64,000 nt of DNA from a virus. This document shows, piece after piece, positions 30,551 through 38,542 of this stretch. The translations under genes and the position numbers were made by a program. Position 1 is the stretch's first letter. Each line of letters starts with the position of its first letter. The notes below the pieces were generated by a model. The model did no database searches and was not told where the DNA came from. It was given only the letters and a program-made list of their open reading frames with translations. Location of the stretch: positions 1 through 64,000 of IMG/VR virus record IMGVR_UViG_3300014202_000879, one strand, 5' to 3'.

Positions 30551-30976
30551 ATGATCACAAACCACACACCCGAGTCAATCCGTAAAAGGATACTTAAGCA
30601 TCGATCGGTCGTATACTTCAAATACGAAATTACAGAAGCGTTTCGTACCATGTGGCAACAAACACATTGGGCTAAGACATTGGTGGTGGCCATAGACCGA
30701 GTCGAAGGCAATGTTGTTGATCTTGGTCAGTATGAAGTTTTCCCATACAGCTTTTCGTTTTCAGTAAGAAAAGAACAAAGAGATTTGTGGGTGTCCATAG
30801 AGGACGCAATGATGACCCATGCGGCTAGATCTATTAACCTAGGTGAATTTAAATTAGGTGCATCTTGTTTAGATCTTGAGATAGACCATGAATCACTGTC
30901 ACTTGAATTTATCTCCGGCATCGACTGTGCCGTTATATCTTCACACCACCTTCAGCGCATAAATTACTTCTGCTAA
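30551..30976 (+). CDS. Hypothetical protein flanked by direct repeats
   Basis: 141 aa, AT-richer than its neighbours. Confidence 0.65.
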   Translation: MITNHTPESIRKRILKHRSVVYFKYEITEAFRTMWQQTHWAKTLVVAIDRVEGNVVDLGQYEVFPYSFSFSVRKEQRDLWVSIEDAMMTHAARSINLGEFKLGASCLDLEIDHESLSLEFISGIDCAVISSHHLQRINYFC

Positions 30977-31011
30977 GGATGTTGCCTGTATAATCATAGC
31001 GGATATACAGT

Positions 31012-31094
31012 CGGCCTCTTTGACTAAATACGTGATAGCCGATTACGACTAACCCCCTCCACCCACCTGCAGTCAACAGGTGGGTGGTCAACCA
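31012..31094 (+). repeat. Direct repeat copy 2 (degenerate helicase 3' end plus hairpin)
   Basis: Translates ASLTKYVIADYD* versus helicase ASLAKYTIADYV*. Confidence 0.85.
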
Positions 31095-31109
31095 TGAGCT
31101 TTGAAAAAA

Positions 31110-31709
31110 ATGAGCAACTCTTGTCTCCTGTGCGAATACAACCTGATTAGAAAAATCTATGCCGATACTGAGGAACTGAACTGTCTTTTGAATCACGAGA
31201 TAGTCTCAACACTCGAAGGTAAACCGACCCGCGTATCGAACGTTGAACGCAAAGCCGTTCAGACCCTTCTATACAGAATGGGTGTGGCAAACGCTGAACG
31301 TGCTAAGCAACATCTGCTTGACCGCTATGTTGTCAGAAAAAACCAAGCTCACCCCCAGAAACTCACGCACGATATGTTGGCGTTCGATATCCAGTGCGCT
31401 TTGATGCACAGGTTTGGTGTGGGGTTCGAGTTCCCAAAGTGCCCTCAACCCAGGTTGCTGTCGGCAGCAGCCTATCTGTGCAAACTCACAAGCACGGACA
31501 GTTTCGATCTTCCTTCGATAGGCAGAATCGAGATCTACATGACATCGTTTCGAGGCAGGCTACCTAACGATCAAATTGTTGTGGATGAAGATGGTTTCAA
31601 TCCCATGATTCGGGACAACCCTCTGGAGTTAATCAACCACATGCTTGAGTTAAACGACGACAACGACCTGATGTCTCATTTTCTTGCTCCAGTGGATGAA
31701 GGCACCTAG
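31110..31709 (+). CDS. Hypothetical protein
   Basis: About 199-aa ORF with N-terminal CxxC. Confidence 0.65.
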   Translation: MSNSCLLCEYNLIRKIYADTEELNCLLNHEIVSTLEGKPTRVSNVERKAVQTLLYRMGVANAERAKQHLLDRYVVRKNQAHPQKLTHDMLAFDIQCALMHRFGVGFEFPKCPQPRLLSAAAYLCKLTSTDSFDLPSIGRIEIYMTSFRGRLPNDQIVVDEDGFNPMIRDNPLELINHMLELNDDNDLMSHFLAPVDEGT

Positions 31710-31732
31710 CACTTTGTAAACAATTTCATTGA

Positions 31733-31751
31733 TATATACTTGAATTGACAC
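31733..31751 (+). promoter_or_regulatory. Putative early promoter driving the candidate ncRNA
   Basis: tatatact-tgaat-tgacac. Confidence 0.7.
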
Positions 31752-32190
31752 TCTAGCTATAGTAAACCGATTGTGGTTTCTAGTAACCCTAGATAGTCCG
31801 TCTCTTCGACGCCAGGAAGCACCCACGTTCAAAGGTGATAAGAGAACTAGCGTTGCTGTTGTTGATCGCAGTAACGTGAACCAGGTGTCGGGAAACCGAT
31901 ACGCTGGCATGGCAGTGGTTATGTGTGTGGGCACAAACCATGGTTAGGGTAAACACCTCAGTGGGTCAACACGCTGAGTTTTTCATGATGTAAGTAAGTA
32001 GTAGTAAGTGGTATCTGGCAAAAATTTGTTATCCCTTTCAGATAGATGTCTGCATCAAAGCAGTAGGCCGTGCCAGCGGATAGAAACATCTAGAACCATA
32101 CTAATCCATGGCGAAAAAGGAACCAGTGTGAGATATCGCTGGGGTGGGATTAAGATAGTTTGAACAGCCTATTAAGTTAGGCTGATTTTT
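31752..32190 (+). ncRNA. Candidate large structured non-coding RNA (~430 nt), family unknown
   Basis: Bounded by the promoter motif and a terminator. No sense ORF of 60 aa or more. About ten helices with G-U pairs, a GAAA tetraloop and a 12-bp long-range pairing. Confidence 0.65.
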
Positions 32191-32195
32191 TTTTT
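32165..32195 (+). terminator. Intrinsic terminator
   Basis: cagccta/taggctg followed by T10. Confidence 0.85.
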
Positions 32196-32226
32196 CACCT
32201 GTGCTGCATGTATCTTTTTTCAATCA

Positions 32227-32245
32227 TATATACCTTAACTGACAC
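32227..32245 (+). promoter_or_regulatory. Putative early promoter
   Basis: tatatacc-ttaac-tgacac. Confidence 0.7.
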
Positions 32246-32285
32246 TCTAGCCAACAGTGACTAGACGTGTCAGCTTCAGATGGAA

Positions 32286-32321
32286 GCAAAGGGTTAGTCT
32301 ACACCCTGCACAAAAGGACAA
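32286..32321 (+). promoter_or_regulatory. 36-nt 5' leader element, copy 1
   Basis: gcaaagggttagtctacaccctgcacaaaaggacaa, identical at 46945-46980. Confidence 0.8.
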
Positions 32322-32331
32322 GGAGTTTCTC

Positions 32332-32667
32332 ATGACGATTTTCACCAATACCACCGCCGCTGCCGCCTCGAACAACGTGCTGGGTAAAGTCATCGTTACC
32401 CAAACGGGTAACCCTGGCGAGCGGTCGTACGACCCAGCCAAGCCGATGGTGATTCACGCCACCTTCGACCAGCAGTGGGGCGACGTCCCCGAGAAGGGCA
32501 ACAAGGTTGCGATCTGTGACGATGGGGAAATGTATTGTCTCGTGTTCTTCAACCACGATGATGTCGACTACACGAACCCTCAGCCGTGTACCAACGCCCG
32601 TCGTAAAGGCGGAGTAGGCGGGGGATCATTGGAACAGGCCATTGCTTCGTTTGGCCTGAACTGCTAA
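32332..32667 (+). CDS. Hypothetical early protein
   Basis: 111 aa, AAGGAG RBS, own promoter and terminator. Confidence 0.8.
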   Translation: MTIFTNTTAAAASNNVLGKVIVTQTGNPGERSYDPAKPMVIHATFDQQWGDVPEKGNKVAICDDGEMYCLVFFNHDDVDYTNPQPCTNARRKGGVGGGSLEQAIASFGLNC

Positions 32668-32680
32668 TCACATCCCACAG

Positions 32681-32723
32681 AGCCCAGCGATCACACCAAA
32701 GATCGCTGGGCTTCTTTTTTTTT
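32681..32723 (+). terminator. Intrinsic terminator
   Basis: agcccagcgatc/gatcgctgggct plus T-tract. Confidence 0.88.
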
Positions 32724-32737
32724 GCTCACACGTCACT

Positions 32738-32771
32738 CTCCTACACTGTGCTACGGTGCACAGTGTAGGAG
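32738..32771 (-). terminator. Hairpin ending the minus-strand operon
   Basis: ctcctacactgtgc/gcacagtgtaggag. Confidence 0.65.
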
Positions 32772-32805
32772 GTGTTTCTATCCAATCTATATGACTATAT
32801 ACCTT

Positions 32806-33396
32806 CTATGGATGACGATCCTTTTTCGTTACCCTACGAGGCTTGTTACTGGAGATCTTATCGATCTCTCTGGCGATACTTGCTTTGGCTGCCTCAGCGG
32901 CTTTTGGAGCATCGGCCAGTTTCTCAGCACATATCTCGTGCGTCATATCGTTGTACCACTTAGGCCTCTTGATGAAGTCATCGTATGACACACCCGTTTG
33001 CTCAAAGATCTTGTTGTCCAAGAACCTTCTGAGTGAGTCCTTCTGCATGGATTCATCGTACCACAAAGCTTCGCACTTGTGCGTAGAGGAAGATGCAAAC
33101 ATATTGGGTTTGCTTCCACCCTCAAAAGCTTCTCTGTCAAGTAGGCCGTACTTCTGTTCATACATGTCGCGCAGAATAATCTGTATGTCAACATAGCTAA
33201 GTTCAACAGGAGGATCTTTTTTCCTCTGCTGTTTGCGCATCTCAGCTATGTTCTTGGTAAACTCCCTCAGCGTCAATATGGGTCTTTGACCATTGGCAAA
33301 TAAGCGATGAGGGATGGCTACACCTTCTCCTAGCCAGCCTGTGAGTTGCCGTTCCTCGACGCTATGTTCATAATGCGCCGAGAGAGTTGGACGAAA
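32806..33396 (-). CDS. Probable -1 frameshift extension of the upstream gene (tail-chaperone GT-like part)
   Basis: Frame is open from 33453 to the stop at 32806 and includes the slippery site. The annotated TTG at 33276 has no RBS. Confidence 0.6.
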   Translation of the reverse strand, partial: FRPTLSAHYEHSVEERQLTGWLGEGVAIPHRLFANGQRPILTLREFTKNIAEMRKQQRKKDPPVELSYVDIQIILRDMYEQKYGLLDREAFEGGSKPNMFASSSTHKCEALWYDESMQKDSLRRFLDNKIFEQTGVSYDDFIKRPKWYNDMTHEICAEKLADAPKAAEAAKASIAREIDKISSNKPRRVTKKDRHP

Positions 33397-34973
33397 AAAA
33401 GTGATTGCAGGTCCAAGATGATGGCGTTCTTGAACTGTGGAAGCTGGTGATCCTCACCCAGCGGCTGACCGCAGTTGGAGCACTCGACAACAGGAACGGC
33501 CACCACCGCCACCGTGGTTTTCACGATGAACTTCATGATCGCCTCGAGAATGCCTATGGCAGCCACCGTGTCGGAAGAGATCAGAGCCAGTTTGGATTTC
33601 AGTTCTTCCGTTTTGGTCAACGGAATGAAGTTGGCAAATGTCAGGCTATGGATCCAGTGGTAATGTTCCAGCAGCTTGGAAGAAGCAGCAAACTTGCGGT
33701 ACATGCTGTCGCGTTCTTCGTCAGAGATGTCCTTCGTGGCGTCGTTCACCAGACGGATAATGCCTTCGATCCACTCCAAGCCCAAGGTGGCCTGGCGGGC
33801 AATTTTGGGCACACGCAGTTCCAGAATCAGCTCACCGCCCGACGAAGTGGGCACCGTGACACGTTCACCTGCCGAGAAGTTCATGGCTTGTTGGTATTCC
33901 ATGACGGAATCGTAGGTCATCTGCTGGTTGCCGCGCTTGCACATGTGATCACGTTGCCGGTCAGTCAGCATGCTTTCATCGACCAGCTCCATCTTGTGAG
34001 GCGAAATCACGCCGCTGTTGACATGCTTGCATTTCTCGATATCGCGCGTACAGGCGATGCTGTAACGCATACCGCGTGGGTACATCGAGGCATTCAGCGC
34101 ATTCAAAAGCAGCGGGTAGTCGGTGGCGACAATAATGTCTTCGAACGTCTGATTGTTTGGCAGCAGGCGGCCATCGGCTTGCTTCGTGATGGAAGAAGCG
34201 TAAATTTTCGAGATAGCGAAGTCCACCAGCCGCTTTTGCGTGTAGGCAGTTGTGTTGCCAAAGACAGCACCGTGGGTCTCGCGTCCGAAGCGGATCTTGT
34301 CTTCGCCCAAGATGTGGTTGATCAGGATCAAGTCGTCTTCGTTGGGCGGCTTCATGGAGATCCAGAAACCAGAACCCCACAGAGCCGTCTTCATGGGCGT
34401 GCCTTGGCCCAGATAAGCTGTAAAGAGCAACTCGCCACGCTCGGCGTTGAGGTTGCGATCAGCGTCGCTGAAGGTGATGGGCGTAGAGCGAAGCGTATGA
34501 CCGTTGTGTTGGATGCTGTTGACGAACTTGGAGCCCTCGCGTTCCAGAATGCTCTGGTAGTCCGTCTGGAGATCTTTCTCTTGTGTGGGCACAACAGAAA
34601 AGCCATTGTGCAAAGCACGCGACCACGCCACCAAGTCTTCAGAGATACCTGGGTCCAGGTCCTCAGAAACGTTCCGGCCAGACTCCGTCAGCTGAGCAAG
34701 CGTTTGGTTGGGCAGTGCGATGTCACCCAACAGGTCGGTAGAGCCACCGGAAGTAAACGTGGAGTGCGGGTCCACGACAAACGTGACGTTCTGTGCACGA
34801 AACACAATGGGTTTGGCTGCTTCGTTGCGGGTATCGGTCGAGACCGCAGGCTGGTCGCCGGCCAAAATCTCAGACTGGTCCATCGTAGGCATAGATGCAG
34901 AGACATCTTGCGGGTCGCCCGATTGCGGAAATTCTTCAGAGAAAGAATCTTTGGGTGTAGGTACTTCGTTCAT
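33330..34973 (-). CDS. Conserved protein, putative baseplate-hub/tail assembly chaperone (phiKZ gp77-like)
   Basis: 547 aa, C-terminal CSNC followed by LFF. Internal C..C motif; synteny. Confidence 0.65.
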   Translation of the reverse strand: MNEVPTPKDSFSEEFPQSGDPQDVSASMPTMDQSEILAGDQPAVSTDTRNEAAKPIVFRAQNVTFVVDPHSTFTSGGSTDLLGDIALPNQTLAQLTESGRNVSEDLDPGISEDLVAWSRALHNGFSVVPTQEKDLQTDYQSILEREGSKFVNSIQHNGHTLRSTPITFSDADRNLNAERGELLFTAYLGQGTPMKTALWGSGFWISMKPPNEDDLILINHILGEDKIRFGRETHGAVFGNTTAYTQKRLVDFAISKIYASSITKQADGRLLPNNQTFEDIIVATDYPLLLNALNASMYPRGMRYSIACTRDIEKCKHVNSGVISPHKMELVDESMLTDRQRDHMCKRGNQQMTYDSVMEYQQAMNFSAGERVTVPTSSGGELILELRVPKIARQATLGLEWIEGIIRLVNDATKDISDEERDSMYRKFAASSKLLEHYHWIHSLTFANFIPLTKTEELKSKLALISSDTVAAIGILEAIMKFIVKTTVAVVAVPVVECSNCGQPLGEDHQLPQFKNAIILDLQSLFFVQLSRRIMNIASRNGNSQAG

Positions 34974-34983
34974 AGGGATGGTC

Positions 34984-35541
34984 TTACTGGGGTTGGGTTG
35001 GTTTCTCGACGATCACCGCATCGGTGATCACGTTCACGTCGGTGGCTGGGTCTGGATCGTCAGGCAGCTTGTCGGTCAGCTCGGTCAGTCGCAGGCGCTC
35101 GTCTACCAGCTCCACCATGAAAGGTGCACTCACTGCCAACATGCGCTCACGCAGTTCGCTGTAGAGCGAATAGCATTCCAGTGCGCTTGCAAACTCATCG
35201 TTGGATTTGACAGGGCCTGATTTGAACTGGCCGGTCTCGTCGGAATGCTTGGCTTCGATGGACGCCAACTCTTCCAGCAAGTCGGCAGTTTTGATCGTTA
35301 AGTCGGCGAAAGCCGTGCTGAATACAGGATTGGGCGAGCCCAGATTTTTACCGACGGTCAGGAGCCGGTTGGCTACCGAGCTATTGGCATCGAAGCTTTC
35401 CACTAGGCCGCCACCAATCTCTCGGTGAAGTACCTGAAGCGAACTCCAATCCAGCTGGTCGGATGCAGGCCGGTTGTTAGAAATGTAGTTCTGCACCAGC
35501 ATTGAGCTGATGTTAGGTTTCGATTTTGCTGCTTTGCCCAT
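34984..35541 (-). CDS. Hypothetical helical protein
   Basis: 185 aa, AAGGA RBS. Confidence 0.75.
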   Translation of the reverse strand: MGKAAKSKPNISSMLVQNYISNNRPASDQLDWSSLQVLHREIGGGLVESFDANSSVANRLLTVGKNLGSPNPVFSTAFADLTIKTADLLEELASIEAKHSDETGQFKSGPVKSNDEFASALECYSLYSELRERMLAVSAPFMVELVDERLRLTELTDKLPDDPDPATDVNVITDAVIVEKPTQPQ

Positions 35542-35646
35542 GGCGCTTCCTTTGAACTTAAAAATTGAAGTATCGACAGCTTAAACAACCATTGCGTAAG
35601 CTTGGTGTCAAATGATTTTAACCCTGCAACTCTTTTTACCAGTACC

Positions 35647-36501
35647 ATGGACCACACATTAACATTTTTCATCCAATCAGGCTATACAGCAGAATTGCGC
35701 GATCAGATCTTCCGGGCTTTTAAGCTGCTGGAGGAATTTGATTTCCCAGATTTGTACAGCCGCTATCATCAGATCATCGGCAACGACCAGCTTGTCTACA
35801 ACATCGACCTGCGCGACAGCTTTCTCCATCAGGTGAATGAAGATCTTCGGTTTGTAGGAAACTTGCATTCTGTCGAGTTTATCGATGGGATCAACCTGCT
35901 TACCTTGGTGGATCTGACTGAGTTCTTCATGACCATTCAGCACCTGGTAGATTACGACATGATCCTGTCGACCATGGAGTCCTCTGAACTCACCGACGAA
36001 GAGATGTTGGTGGAGATCATGAACGAATACACAGGGATCGATCACTCGGCTCTGACGGAATACATAGAGACGTTCAATCCGAAGTTTCTGGAATACCTGA
36101 AGTTGTATGCCATGAGTCGCCAAGGTATGCAGCTGCCCGAGGTATCACAAGAAGTGATCGACCGAAGGGCAACCATCTTGAAGAACATCACGACATACAA
36201 GACACATATCGATGGCGATGCCGTGGGCGTGGCGTTGGTGGAGCTGGGTGTCCTTTTGGATCAGCCTTTCGATACCTACTACAACCTGGTGGCTGACGAT
36301 TTGCAGGCCAAGAAGCCCATCGAGCTGGCCAGCGACATTGTTTCACTGAGCATCGTCTGTCGGCAAGAGGATGCGTCACCCACCGAGAACTTCAGAAAGG
36401 TATCTGAAGGTATGGGTCTACCCATAAACACCATCGTGATGGTGGAACAAGCCATCGCTACAACGTTCTCAGCCTATAACGCAATGGTGAAAGTGGTATG
36501 A
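35647..36501 (+). CDS. Conserved virion-associated protein (phiKZ gp79-like)
   Basis: Acidic 284-aa ORF coupled to the vRNAP gene; synteny. Confidence 0.65.
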   Translation: MDHTLTFFIQSGYTAELRDQIFRAFKLLEEFDFPDLYSRYHQIIGNDQLVYNIDLRDSFLHQVNEDLRFVGNLHSVEFIDGINLLTLVDLTEFFMTIQHLVDYDMILSTMESSELTDEEMLVEIMNEYTGIDHSALTEYIETFNPKFLEYLKLYAMSRQGMQLPEVSQEVIDRRATILKNITTYKTHIDGDAVGVALVELGVLLDQPFDTYYNLVADDLQAKKPIELASDIVSLSIVCRQEDASPTENFRKVSEGMGLPINTIVMVEQAIATTFSAYNAMVKVV

Positions 36502-37793
36502 AAAAACTCGATCTACTCAAACAAGTCTGCCAGTCAGAAACCATCTACAACCACGACTGGGTGATATCCGCATTCTCTGTATCCAGAGCACCCAAGGTAC
36601 AGACACCTTACCCTTTCTATATCTACTCAGACGACACGGGCTACTACGTCTACAATACGTCTGGTGAGTATGAGAAGATCGACGATTCTAAGGTCGATGA
36701 GCCTTTGTTTGATATGTACACAGGTTTCGAAGTAGATCCATCGTGGGCCATCAACATCAAGAGCAAGATGGTGATCACGGCTTCTGCACTGGTAGCCAAC
36801 ATGTATTTGTTTGTGCATCCGTTTGGTAGCAAGATACCTTGCCCTGGTACCGATTTCAACCCAGGCAAGTTTGAAGACATGCTTGCGCCCAAGCTGAAGT
36901 CTTTGCCCGAAGGCAACCAGGACCGAGATCCCAATGCCATTTACGTGGATGAGTACATCGAGTTCGCAGATGCGCTGCAGTCCCTGAAGTGTTTCGCCAT
37001 GATCTTCAGCATCTGTGTCACTGAGAAAAATCTGGTTTCGCCCACAGGTATCGACAAGTTCAAAAGCGACTTGGATAAGGAGTACGAGGGTCGTTTGGAT
37101 GACCCATTGACTCTCATCGAGTACGAGAAGAAACTCAAGGATTTCGATAAAGCATTCCTGAGTGACGATAAATCGTACGGTACGTTTACCAGCGGCAAGA
37201 TTCTGGAGAGCCGCAAGAAACTCTTCTTGGCAGTAGGTGCTGACCAGCTGAGATTCAGAGAAGACAGACCTAACACGGTGGTGCTGAATTCCTTGCGTCA
37301 GGGTTGGTCAGAAGACCCTGAGCAGTTTGCAGCCATGGTCAACTCGGCCCGTATTGGATCGCTGGCCCGTGGTGGTGAGACCGTTAAAGGCGGTATGACT
37401 GCCAAGATCGTTACCCGTGCAATAAACACAGAGAAGATCGTAGACGGCGACTGTAAATCCACAATGGGTATGATTCGGTTCTTTGGCGACTCCAACTTAG
37501 ACAAGCTGGTGGGGTCCTATGTCATGAATGGCGCAAAGACAGAACTGGTCACCGAGGAGAACTCAGGGGCGTATCTGAACAAAGTGCTCAGTGTGCGCTC
37601 TCCGTCTTACTGTTGGTCGCCTGCAGGCACACGCTGTCGCGTATGTGCCGGTGAAAAGTTATTCAGATACAAAGATGCTATGACTATTCCCGGTATGGAA
37701 GTCTCAGCTATCACGCTGGCTGCCTCCATGGCCGCTATGCACGGAAAACCGTTTCTCACCACCAAAATCGATTTGGAAAGACAGTTCTCATGA
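36498..37793 (+). CDS. Virion RNA polymerase beta' subunit (phiKZ gp80-like)
   Basis: NSARIGSLARGGETVKGG, GDCKS, RSPSYC...CRVCAG and MAAMHG. Confidence 0.88.
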   Translation: MKKLDLLKQVCQSETIYNHDWVISAFSVSRAPKVQTPYPFYIYSDDTGYYVYNTSGEYEKIDDSKVDEPLFDMYTGFEVDPSWAINIKSKMVITASALVANMYLFVHPFGSKIPCPGTDFNPGKFEDMLAPKLKSLPEGNQDRDPNAIYVDEYIEFADALQSLKCFAMIFSICVTEKNLVSPTGIDKFKSDLDKEYEGRLDDPLTLIEYEKKLKDFDKAFLSDDKSYGTFTSGKILESRKKLFLAVGADQLRFREDRPNTVVLNSLRQGWSEDPEQFAAMVNSARIGSLARGGETVKGGMTAKIVTRAINTEKIVDGDCKSTMGMIRFFGDSNLDKLVGSYVMNGAKTELVTEENSGAYLNKVLSVRSPSYCWSPAGTRCRVCAGEKLFRYKDAMTIPGMEVSAITLAASMAAMHGKPFLTTKIDLERQFS

Positions 37794-38515
37794 ACGAAAA
37801 CCAGTACCAGCCACGCGGTTTTACACCGTATCAACAGGAACGCCCATCGTACCAACAGGACCGTCCGTCTTACAATCAAGGCGGCAATAGCCAACAGAAC
37901 GGTCAACAAAACCGGCAACAGGAACGGCCTCCGTTGCCCAAACCGGTTTTCTACAAACCCTTTGTGGTAACCAGCAACCGCGATGTCCCGGAGCAGATCA
38001 AGGTGCGTGCGATCGAATTGACGCGTGCTCTTATTGCTGCGGGGCACACTGCTCGGGTGGGTAAGATGGACGGCCTGGAGGCCGACGTCGCTGCTGCCGT
38101 GACACAAAACACGGAGTGTCACATTCCGTGGAAGAACTTCGCAGACAGCGACAGCAAAAACAACTTCAACACCCCTGAGATCTTGGCGATTGCAAAACAT
38201 TTTGCCACAGGCTGGGATCAGGTCAAGTTCACGATCCAGGGTTTCATGGGCAAGAACGTTCGTCTCTTGCTGGGTAACAAAGCCATGACGCTGGCCCAGT
38301 TCATGATCTGCTACACCGACGATGGTGCCGAGACCACCAAAGAGGTCACACCGCGTGCCGGTATGTGTGGTCATGCCATCAAGGTAGCCGATTTTTACAA
38401 CATCCCGGTGTTCAACCTCAAGCACCAGGACTGCGAGTCCCGAGTTATGGCTATGTTTGGCTGTGACGACAAAACCCGCCCCATGCAGATCACCCAAGAC
38501 CAGCTGCCCGATTAA
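37790..38515 (+). CDS. SLOG/DprA-like Rossmann-fold protein with Q/N-rich N-terminus
   Basis: RVGKMDGLEA loop, IPWKNF, ICYTDDG and GHAIKVA..YNIPVFNL. Confidence 0.7.
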   Translation: MNENQYQPRGFTPYQQERPSYQQDRPSYNQGGNSQQNGQQNRQQERPPLPKPVFYKPFVVTSNRDVPEQIKVRAIELTRALIAAGHTARVGKMDGLEADVAAAVTQNTECHIPWKNFADSDSKNNFNTPEILAIAKHFATGWDQVKFTIQGFMGKNVRLLLGNKAMTLAQFMICYTDDGAETTKEVTPRAGMCGHAIKVADFYNIPVFNLKHQDCESRVMAMFGCDDKTRPMQITQDQLPD

Positions 38516-38542
38516 CCAACCAACTCAAATAGGACAACACCA

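Noticed and set aside
31650-31934. 94-aa minus-strand ORF overlapping the candidate ncRNA
   Set aside because: GTG start without RBS, overlaps the upstream gene, and opposes the promoter and terminator orientation.
31752-32190. Interpretation as tmRNA, RNase P, tRNA cluster, or group I/II intron
   Set aside because: No tRNA-like ends or T-loop, no RNase P P4 consensus and no group II domain V. Weak R/S-like words exist (gagaacta, aagatagttt), but there are no flanking exons and too little room for P1-P6. A covariance search is still advisable.
32286-32321. Firm call as a preQ1-I or c-di-GMP riboswitch, or as a CRISPR repeat
   Set aside because: Only partial resemblance, and the downstream genes have no recognisable link to queuosine. 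Two copies 14.6 kb apart with no spacers or cas genes is not an array.
33405-35027. 540-aa plus-strand ORF opposite the gp77-like gene
   Set aside because: Antisense shadow. The minus-strand gene has the conserved motifs and operon context.
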